This document shows, in pieces, positions 55,989-64,000 of a stretch of DNA of 64,000 nt. The position numbers and the translations under genes were made by a program. The first letter of the stretch is position 1. The number at the start of each line of letters is the position of its first letter. Source of the DNA: Cyanidioschyzon merolae (lineage: Eukaryota). The notes beneath the pieces are model-generated. The model saw only the letters and a list, made by a program, of their open reading frames with translations, searched no databases and was not told the origin of the DNA. The DNA lies in NCBI GenBank assembly GCA_000091205.1, contig AP006499.2; one strand, 5' to 3'.

Positions 55989-58900
55989 ATGGATGTGAGG
56001 CGTTTGCGTCTTCGGCTGCCGCAGCAGGTCGAGGATGCGCTATCAGTCGAGCTGTTTGAAGACGACGTGCGGGATCGCCAGCAACGCTACGTCGCTCGCC
56101 TTGTGAAAAATGGTGCGTGGCAGGGCAACTGGATCATAGTCGCAGGGAGCTGGATCTTCCTTGTTCGACCACTGCTGGGAGAGGGGCTGATCAAAGCCGG
56201 AACCGGGTCCGTGCCGGCTGCTTGGGACAGCGCCACTGCGGACGCAAGCTGGAGTGCCAGTGGCTGTCGACTGCCGCGGCACGCATGGGTGCAGAGCTCG
56301 CGCCAAGTTGCGGCGAGCGCTCTAGCGAACGGCACTGAACTGCTTGTAGCACTTATCGCGCACTGTTCGGAAGCACCGTCGGACAGAGCGGGCCGTCTGC
56401 AGGCCTCAGCCGTGCTACGTATGTTGATCATAACGAAGCCGGTTTCCGATGGACGCCCCGCAGGTTCGCCCGAGGTTCAGCGCCCGTCGAACTCAACACG
56501 CAATGGGAGAACGTTGCTTGTTTCGAGTCGCGAGTTGCCGCTAGCTGAACTGCTGGCTGCAGATGAAACCCCCGAGCAAGTCATGGACATATTTTGCTTC
56601 GATCGAGGCAGACGGGTGGCACTAGTGCTCGGCTCGCAGCAACTTGTCACGATCAGACTGGATCCCACAGTGTCCGTTTTGCGCGGGCGTCAGACGGGGG
56701 GACGGGTGAAGGCGGCAACTGCACTGCGCCGATGGCTCCAGCAGTGGCGGACGTGGACACGTGTCCCGTCACGATGCATGCAGGACACGCATCGTGCAGA
56801 AGACTATGCGTGCATGTACGGCTACGGCGGTTACTTGTGTTCAAAGCGGGATGCCGCAACTTGGGATTGTTGGATTCTTCGCCAGAGCCAGATAGAGACA
56901 TGGCAGGTGACGGACACACAAGTGACGTTGCGTTCGGTTTCGTCCGCAGTGTTTGAGCGGCTATCCCAAGTGCTACAAGTTCATCGCTCGGACCTGATTC
57001 CGCTTTATTTGGGCACGGCGGATCATGGCACACATGCAGTACTCGGTGCCGCAACGTTTTCTGTCGCCGAATCGGAGGAAAGTAACCAAGAGGCTGCTAC
57101 CGCAGCCTCCGAGTCCGACCAGCTGCGACCCGATCACGGGGAATACCAACTGCAGCTATGGGTGACCCCGGTGAGTGTACGTCACCATCCCGAGTCCATT
57201 TGGGAGCTCGGTGGGCCGGTACCGTTGGCAAACGTTCGCGTCGCAGCTGTCGAAGAGGTCTTTTTGCATTTCTACTGGACTTGCGCGGACGGATTGGTAT
57301 TCGTATTTGACCAATGCTCGGGGATGCTGTTCTGGGCGAGTGCTGCCTGGGGGCTCGCTGCTGCGCAGCAAGTTCGCGGGCAAATTGCGCTGTCTTTGGA
57401 TGCAAGCTTTGGCGATTCGAGCTCGGTGATTTGCGGCTTCGGTGCCAGCAGCGAGACCGGTGTCCTCTGCATGCATGCCGACTGCCGGGTGGATCAGATT
57501 CTGCTCCCGTACCGTGCACCCACGGGAGTTGAATCCGCAGCCAGCGAAGCGGATGTTTTATCTGGTCGTGATGCATTCCCGCGACGCGCGATCTGGGAGC
57601 AGGTCCTGAATATTTTGGCGTTGGAAGCAGCTGGGGAGCGCTCCGCTGCACTGGCCAGTTTTCACAACGCTCGGTCTCGGTGGAACAGAGAACACGTATC
57701 CATCGCCGTTCGCCAAATTCACGAGCACATACTGAAGCGTAACCTGAATTGTATTGTGCAAGGCGCTCTCGAACAGCAAGTTCTGGAAATGCAACGCGAA
57801 TGGATGCGACGGCTCTGCAGTTTTCTCCTGGCGCACTCGGCACTCGGGTGTGCCGACGACGCAAAGGAAAAACTCTGGGATGATTTGCCTTTGAGCGAAC
57901 GTCTGAACATATCGCAATCGATCTATAGCATATATATTCTCTACGCCCTTCGATGCATGCTGAACGCGAAATCATCTAGTGCCTGGGACGTATTGGATCG
58001 CCAAATCCAGGCACTGAGCGCGGCGGAGCGCGCTCCAGGTGATAACGTTCAGGGTATCCTTTCGGTAATGAACGAATTTTACACGAGCGAGCGCGCACGA
58101 TTCCTCGCAAGTGAGGACGATGTCAGTGCTGACTATGTCCAAAGCTTGTTGCAGGTTGCGCGCTACGCGACCGGCCTTATCCTGGACGGCGTTTGTATCG
58201 TGCGCACAGCTTTACCCGAGTTGCAGGAGCTCGAACGGCGAGCATGTCCCTGGCTCCATTCGTCGAAATCACCGCTCAACCTGCTTTTGCGCGGCGTGAC
58301 GGAGGAACTACCTACATATCTGGCGCGCCAAAAACGCTTGCAGACCGCCTCAGCGCTCGCGACCCTCTACCATGTTGTTCAGGCTCGGATCGAACTCGAG
58401 CGAGCAGTCGATAGCGGCACCGTGGAATCGCGACCGGGCCCAGTGACGATGCTGGAACACCTTCGGTTAGCGGGCTTTGTGGACGAAGCGTCTCGCCTCG
58501 CTCGCCACTACGGCATCTATGAGATTCTGATGCGTATCGCACAGGACACTGAAGAAGTGCTCGAGGATCCGGATTCGGCCTCGGCCTTTTTAGAGACGTG
58601 CTTCGTGGAACTCGGTCGACCGTTTGCCTGGTACGCGTTCGACTGGTGGCACGAGCGCCACGAATTCGTGAAGCTTTTTGCTTACAAATCACCGCTCTTA
58701 CGTGAGTGGCTGCAGGAGCGCCAGCATCACGAATGGCTTTGGCTGCAGCTCCTGTTCGACGGTGACTATGCCAATGCTGCGCAAGATCTCCTTCGGATCG
58801 AGAAAGATTGCACCGATGATGTCGATGACGCGCTCTTCTACCTCAGCATAGCGGTGCTTTGTTGCCGCGCAGCGAATCCGGATGATCGCGCCTTGGAGAT

Positions 58901-59423
58901 GCAGGCACGGCTGCGTCTCCAGCGTGCCCGAGCGTACCAGCGCCTTGGATGCAGCAAATTCCAAGACTTTGATGAGCTCGTGAACTGGTTCAGAGAAACG
59001 GGAGCCCGCGCTCCTCTGACGGCGCTCAGTTCGAACGCGCTGCTACTTCTGCAGATCGCCGATGCCGAAGGGAAGAGCCTGGATGCCATCGGCCTCGTTC
59101 TTGATGCCGTTGTACAACGCGAACTGCACTTGTGGCAGCGCCTAACCGAACAGGGACATGAAATGAATGATGTCGAGAAAGAATTGCTGCTCAGCCAGAC
59201 TGCGTTTTACCAGGTGTTGCGCCAACGTCAAGAGCTCGCACACCACCCTGCTCTGCTGGATTACCTCACGGCTTGCCAGGAGCAGGCTGCTCCGTACATT
59301 GCGTTCTGCTTTGAACGTGCACGGCAAAGCAGCTCTCCGCCAAGGAACCTGGTTTCTGCAGAGGCATCAGCAAATGCGACGCACACTCTGGCTGCATCGA
59401 ACGCACATGCGCACTCAGCGTAG
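55989..59423 (+). CDS. Hypothetical large protein (1144 aa), N-terminal beta-rich region followed by a C-terminal alpha-solenoid
   Basis: A long intact ORF with coding-like GC3 bias and no motif I can name. The architecture is compatible with a scaffold nucleoporin or a vesicle-coat-like protein, but that is speculative. Confidence 0.5.
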   Translation: MDVRRLRLRLPQQVEDALSVELFEDDVRDRQQRYVARLVKNGAWQGNWIIVAGSWIFLVRPLLGEGLIKAGTGSVPAAWDSATADASWSASGCRLPRHAWVQSSRQVAASALANGTELLVALIAHCSEAPSDRAGRLQASAVLRMLIITKPVSDGRPAGSPEVQRPSNSTRNGRTLLVSSRELPLAELLAADETPEQVMDIFCFDRGRRVALVLGSQQLVTIRLDPTVSVLRGRQTGGRVKAATALRRWLQQWRTWTRVPSRCMQDTHRAEDYACMYGYGGYLCSKRDAATWDCWILRQSQIETWQVTDTQVTLRSVSSAVFERLSQVLQVHRSDLIPLYLGTADHGTHAVLGAATFSVAESEESNQEAATAASESDQLRPDHGEYQLQLWVTPVSVRHHPESIWELGGPVPLANVRVAAVEEVFLHFYWTCADGLVFVFDQCSGMLFWASAAWGLAAAQQVRGQIALSLDASFGDSSSVICGFGASSETGVLCMHADCRVDQILLPYRAPTGVESAASEADVLSGRDAFPRRAIWEQVLNILALEAAGERSAALASFHNARSRWNREHVSIAVRQIHEHILKRNLNCIVQGALEQQVLEMQREWMRRLCSFLLAHSALGCADDAKEKLWDDLPLSERLNISQSIYSIYILYALRCMLNAKSSSAWDVLDRQIQALSAAERAPGDNVQGILSVMNEFYTSERARFLASEDDVSADYVQSLLQVARYATGLILDGVCIVRTALPELQELERRACPWLHSSKSPLNLLLRGVTEELPTYLARQKRLQTASALATLYHVVQARIELERAVDSGTVESRPGPVTMLEHLRLAGFVDEASRLARHYGIYEILMRIAQDTEEVLEDPDSASAFLETCFVELGRPFAWYAFDWWHERHEFVKLFAYKSPLLREWLQERQHHEWLWLQLLFDGDYANAAQDLLRIEKDCTDDVDDALFYLSIAVLCCRAANPDDRALEMQARLRLQRARAYQRLGCSKFQDFDELVNWFRETGARAPLTALSSNALLLLQIADAEGKSLDAIGLVLDAVVQRELHLWQRLTEQGHEMNDVEKELLLSQTAFYQVLRQRQELAHHPALLDYLTACQEQAAPYIAFCFERARQSSSPPRNLVSAEASANATHTLAASNAHAHSA

Positions 59424-59740
59424 CGCTTGTCGGCGTTGATGAGGTATCAGTATCTCGCCGGAATTCCACATCACATATCGGAGCTGGTACGAGCTTCGCA
59501 TCTTCAGGTTCTCGTGGCGCGCGTGCGGATCCAGCGGTCATGCGCGGGTCAGCAGCTCGTCCATCATAGCGATACCGTCCACAGGATGGCCGCGGTCCTG
59601 CTCCGTTTCAGCCGCAGACAGTGCACAAATCGTCTGTAGCGTATCCCAAAATTATCAACGCCGCGATCGAGTCGGCATGACGGTGCCAGATGCTCCAGTC
59701 TGTGGCACCGCTCCCGTCTCTGCGGAGTCCAACGGAAGAA

Positions 59741-60277
59741 TCAGCCGTTCGTATTACCGAGCATGTCGTGAACGAACGTAGCGGATAGGTATAGAAATAG
59801 CGTCTCGACGGATGCGATGCGCTCAACGTCCCAGCTGCGAATACGCCGCACCAGGTGACTCGCCATGTTTGCGTAAGTGGAGCCGTCTACGGCGCGACGG
59901 TACATGAGCACCTCCAGGCGCTCGACGATACGCGCGAGTAAGGCGCGAGCGGCACGAAAAGTCGGCGATGCCTCCCGTGCCTTGGTCCAGAGGTGCTCCC
60001 AGATGCGATCCGCTACCCGCTGCCGCCGTTGCAGGGACACGGGGGGTTTCGGAGCAGCGTGCAACGGTCGTTCGACAACCGGCCTAGTTGGGTACGTTCC
60101 TTGAGCGTGCTCCTGGCTGTCCAACGAGGTCGGCACGCGACCCTCAGACGGACGCATGTTACTGGGAGCGCAGATAACGGACTCGTAAAACTCCCATAAC
60201 TCGGGCAGCGAGTGACTCAACTGCCGCAACAGGTCGTAGTTGACGGGAGCCTCGTTCGCCAGCGCGTCACTACTCAT
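59741..60277 (-). CDS. Hypothetical 178-aa ORF; may be spurious because it lies antisense within or next to TnpB/Fanzor-like copy C
   Basis: Open frame with weak KIX-like helical spacing (RIWEHLW..ALLARIVERLEVLMYRRAVDGSTYANMASHLVRRI). No strong support. Confidence 0.2.
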   Translation of the reverse strand: MSSDALANEAPVNYDLLRQLSHSLPELWEFYESVICAPSNMRPSEGRVPTSLDSQEHAQGTYPTRPVVERPLHAAPKPPVSLQRRQRVADRIWEHLWTKAREASPTFRAARALLARIVERLEVLMYRRAVDGSTYANMASHLVRRIRSWDVERIASVETLFLYLSATFVHDMLGNTNG

Positions 60278-60299
60278 TTGCCAGTGTCGCCTCTACGTA

Positions 60300-61100
60300 C
60301 GACGGCTGAACGTGCATTTCCAGTCAAGAACTCGGCCAAGGTACAGGTCGTCGTGAAGCCGCAGACCTCACCAGCGAAGCAAACGCCCTGAACTATCTGC
60401 GTACGCGTAGCAGCTGGGCAAATCGTACGATGTTTATCGGTGGTACGCTGCGACGCAGGGTATGTAGGATCGCTGAAACACGAACCTGGATATCCACGCA
60501 GATATGGCGCTGGTTATCGACACTCGAGAGCGCATCCCTGGCATCGTGTCATATGCGACAGGCGCTCCGTTTAAAGTCTCGCACCTCACTGGTGTTCCAG
60601 TCCCAGGTGTTTGTTATCAAATGCATTGCCGCGGTTTATGGCAGATGCGCTCGAAGTGCGTTCGTTTTGAAGACATAAAAAATCCAAGGGGACGCCATTG
60701 AAAACAAATTCAGGGATCCTGGAGGTCTAATGTCGCCTGGCTCAACAAGAAAAACGAAAGAAAGTATCGTTTCGTCGATGACTGAGCGAAGAGGAGCAAT
60801 TGACGATAAAGGAGAACGAGAAGCAGATGGGGTATAGACGAGATTAGATATTTGCCCGACGGGACGATAACGAGACTGTAGTGGTACAGAGGGCACGAGT
60901 TCTAGCAATCCTTCCAAAGGTGAGTTCTAGCAGAGGCAATAAACGCATGCTGTTCGTGAACCGATACTTTAACGCCGCTATCGGTATCAGGAGGTGTGCG
61001 GTGCTGAAGACGAGACCCCAGCAGCGGAGGAGGTTTACCTCTATGGGGCAGCCTCTAAAGCTCGAAGGGTGTAAAAGAACCAACTGCAGTCGATAGCAGG
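60300..61100 (+). mobile_element. Copy C of the degenerate TnpB/Fanzor-like element, plus-sense; left boundary uncertain
   Basis: Plus ORF 60881..61096 reads ...MLFVNRYFNAAIGIRRCAVLKTRPQQ..., sharing the NIRRCAVLKT tail with copy B. Nucleotide homology to the reverse complement of copy A continues upstream, for example gaagtgcgttc...aaaaaat...atcctggagg at 60651-60730. Confidence 0.5.
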
Positions 61101-61293
61101 TGGCAGGTTGGAAAAGGCTGGGAAGCGTCTGCAGGTGGATATTCATGAACCCTATGGTCGCAGAACGTTTTCGTTCCGTGGAACAGCGACCGAAGCTGCG
61201 ACTACGGCGCGGGCACGCCCTCGCGCGGCGCGCTTTTCTTTGAACAGCTGTTGCACCAGGAGTGTGCGCACTGGGGGCCTTCGGATAAGACTG

Positions 61294-62082
61294 ATGAGTG
61301 AATCGCGGTCTTTTTACGATATTCTTGGTGTCGGCCGTACGGCGACACCGGATGAGATAAAGAAAGCTTACCGACGCTTGGTCTTGTCCGTGCACCCGGA
61401 CCGCGTTCATGCCGGGGGCAGGGCAGGCGACCCAGCCGCGCTTCGAGAGGCGCACGAGAATTTTCTCCAACTGCAGCGCGTTTACGAAACGTTGATCGAC
61501 GAGGAGAAGCGAGCATACTACGATGAAACTGGTAAGTGCTTGGACGAAGGACAACACCTGGTTGAAGAGAGCACGCTAGACGCGCTGCACCGTTTCTTTA
61601 GAACGTGCCAGCGTCGAATCACAGAGGAAGATATTGTCGCTTTTGAAGCAAAGTATCGGAACTCGGACATGGAACGCGAAGACGTCCTGAACCATTACCG
61701 AAATTTTTGTGGCAAAGTGGAGCATCTCATCGATCATATCCCGTACAGCGACGAAAGCGACATCTCGCGTTTTATCCAGATACTGGATGATGCGCTCAGC
61801 AAGGGCGAGCTTGAACGCACACCGGCTTATGCAGGTAGCCGCAAAACCCTACTTGGGCGCGCGAAGCGTAGCACACATCGTGCTCGGAAGCCGGGCAAGA
61901 GTGAGCGCAACAAGTTTGCTGCGTTGCAGGAAGCGATAATCTCTAAACGAGAAGATCGGGCCACGCAACTTGAAGCTCTATGTGACCGCATCGCCGCCAA
62001 ATACGCTGCCGTAACTGGCCCAAATTCGACTACCGCCAAACGCGGTAGGAAGGAGCGCAAACGATCCACAGCATCCAAGTGA
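61294..62082 (+). CDS. DnaJ-domain protein, DNAJC9-like (J-domain histone-chaperone family); the ORF extends upstream to 61108
   Basis: J-domain [32 protein letters not shown] with the HPD motif, then ITEEDIVAFEAKYRNSDMEREDVLNHYRNFCGKVEHLI and a basic K/R-rich C-terminal tail. This is collinear with DNAJC9 ([37 protein letters not shown]). Confidence 0.8.
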   Translation: MSESRSFYDILGVGRTATPDEIKKAYRRLVLSVHPDRVHAGGRAGDPAALREAHENFLQLQRVYETLIDEEKRAYYDETGKCLDEGQHLVEESTLDALHRFFRTCQRRITEEDIVAFEAKYRNSDMEREDVLNHYRNFCGKVEHLIDHIPYSDESDISRFIQILDDALSKGELERTPAYAGSRKTLLGRAKRSTHRARKPGKSERNKFAALQEAIISKREDRATQLEALCDRIAAKYAAVTGPNSTTAKRGRKERKRSTASK

Positions 62083-64000
62083 AATGAGATGGCATTTTAT
62101 CAAGGTGCTCTGGGGTACAGCAGCACCGCTGCTCCGTTACCGCTGAGCGTGCCGGCGATGCGTCAACGCGTACCTGCACATTGTACGCTCGTTGCGATTC
62201 GGAAGGGTGTTGCAGTCGTTTCAGTGCCGCTTTGGGATACACTGCGGACGCCTAGGTCGTCCAATAGTCAACGAAGGCACCGTCATCGAACACGAAGACG
62301 AAGCGGGACGGTGGATCGATGCTCCCGGTACGATCAAGACTCGGGTCCATGGTTGTCGAACCTTGTTCTGATTTCTATGGATATGTCTGGGTCTATTTGC
62401 GTCGCATGGAAAGTTTCCTCGCCGGCAAGCAACGTCAGCACCAGTGCCGATGGTAGCGAAACTGCGTGCCTGGAGGCATGCTTCTCTTGGACTTGGGCAA
62501 CCTGCGTCTCGCGCGATGGATATATGCGCGGCCGTGGCGGCAGTTGCGTTGCTGTCCCCGGCACACGACTGCAATACATCAAGATGCGAGGGCAATGTCG
62601 CCCGGAGCGAGTCGAGAAACCTGACGTGGACAAGTGCACTGGTCCAAGCTGCTCGGCGACGCGCCGTCTGCATGCTTCAGGTAACGCGTTTGACACTGTT
62701 CGATGATCCAGGGACCACGCCAGGCGACATTATGGATCCCAGAGCCGTCCGGTGGGAGATCGGGGCGGGAGATGCAGTTTCTACGAGGATACGCATGCAG
62801 CTCTCACATCTTGAGAAATATGTCGGTACAACTTTCCACCATTTTACCCATCAACGGTTGCATCGTATTATCGAAGAGCCTTTGATGGAGGCTCACTCGT
62901 GAACTTGATCGGGCTCATCGGCAAAGTTGCATCGCTGTGAGATTCTTCGTGTGCAGAAAGCAGTGTCATCGATGTGATAGGTAGCGTTCGGGGACGTGCT
63001 TGCTCGAACGCCCGTGTCTGCCGGAGATACGCCAGGCGTCTGCGGATGCCGTCGACGCTCGTTTACGAGGCGGGTCATGCTGTTCCTCGCATGATTCCGT
63101 GAAGAGCGCATGAATTATATGGCTTTAACGATGCTTATTCGATTTGCTGCAAAACAGATAGATGCCACGTTCCCCGAAACACCATCCGTGAGCAGCGCAT
63201 GCTTACCCAGCGCGCGTAACCGGCGAGCCTACCAGCGCATCGTCTTGCAGCTATGCGAACGTTGCTGGGTGCTTGTCTCTAGACACTGTTCCATGTATAG
63301 AGCTAAACACAGCCCCTGCAAACAGAGCGCAGATCGTGGCTGTTCTGGGATCAGCATGCTGGCGAGAATCCAATCCCTCTCTCCTGGTCAATGATGATTT
63401 CATCTGATAGGTTTCAGTGTTTTAGCATAATGCCCATGCAGAATAATGGAGAGTTCCATGGAGAGCTCGTTCGCCACAAATCCGCTGGATGCTCCGGAAG
63501 CACGAGGCTGCTCCGATGTTGATCGACGCATTCACGTCTCAGTGCACAGCGTGCTTACGAGTACTGTCGCTGCTGGGCTTTTACCGAACCAAGCCTCCGA
63601 CCTTCGAACGCCTCAGCGTCTGACGCTCGGTTAGCTTATCGCATATAATGTTTTGCTTTCGGTATTGTTACAAGATCTTCAACGTTAGTCGCTGTACCGT
63701 GCACGCGTGCTCGTGATGCGTGCACGTCATCCGAAACGCTTTATTGGGAATTCTGCAGAATTCCTTCCTGCACTCTATTTTCACGCTCATTGAAGGAGCA
63801 GAGGTGAAGCATTCGCACGCTAGAGAAAGCCCAGCACTATAGACTGCCACTAGGGCATGCGATCCATCGGTCCTTTCCTTTACGAGTCGTCGGACAGCTT
63901 GGCGAATGCACACTCGATGCCGTTGATGGCACACGCACGGTCCCAAGTACGCATGGCACAGATCGTCAGCGAGCGCTATTTCGACGCTCAGGTACTCTCT

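Noticed and set aside
62089-62902. 205-aa and 152-aa ORFs downstream of DNAJC9, Cys-containing (ACLEACFSWTWATCVSRDG...)
   Set aside because: A possible small PAN/apple-like Cys pattern, but it is split across two frames with no confident motif, so it is left unannotated.
1-64000. Prokaryotic interpretation (operons, defence islands)
   Set aside because: The content is unmistakably eukaryotic nuclear: MEEVD-Hsp90, a 20S alpha subunit, CHD, WDR33, condensin and DNAJC9, with 1-5 kb single-gene spacing on alternating strands and no RBS or operon structure. The only bacterial-type proteins (DapF, EngB, LPD, PreP) carry organellar presequences.

Overview
This is a GC-rich (~55-60%), apparently intron-free nuclear segment from a compact eukaryote. 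I read it as eukaryotic because it carries a cytosolic Hsp90 ending in MEEVD, a 20S proteasome alpha subunit, a CHD remodeller, a WDR33/Pfs2 polyadenylation factor, a condensin Cnd1-family subunit and a DNAJC9-like J-protein. Large single-exon ORFs alternate on both strands at about one gene per 3.5-4 kb. A diaminopimelate epimerase and a dihydrolipoamide dehydrogenase both carry N-terminal presequences, which together with the gene density points to a plastid-bearing protist such as a Cyanidioschyzon-like red alga; that guess is unconfirmed. I can support about 16 protein-coding genes. In order these are CHD (5' truncated), an NSUN m5C RNA methyltransferase, WDR33, an M16C presequence protease, HSP90, proteasome alpha-5, a polytopic transporter, two hypothetical proteins (one a long coiled-coil), DapF, an EngB GTPase with a long N-extension, an ABHD13/Bem46-like hydrolase, LPD, a condensin D subunit, a 1144-aa hypothetical protein and a DNAJC9-like protein. 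The non-genic content is more unusual, and four things stand out. First, three diverged copies (~75% identity between two of them) of a ~1.4 kb element carry the C-terminal zinc-finger and RuvC-III signature (FVNRDxNAAxNIRR) of a TnpB/Fanzor-type RNA-guided nuclease, and all three sit in intergenic DNA. Second, a 6.5 kb palindromic structure places near-identical 1.4 kb inverted repeats around the NSUN methyltransferase gene. Third, there are two ORF-phase-preserving minisatellite arrays (84 bp x7 and 108 bp x7). Fourth, there are (GCT)n, (GCAT)n and 12-bp microsatellites. I could not convincingly identify any rRNA, tRNA or CRISPR features by eye.
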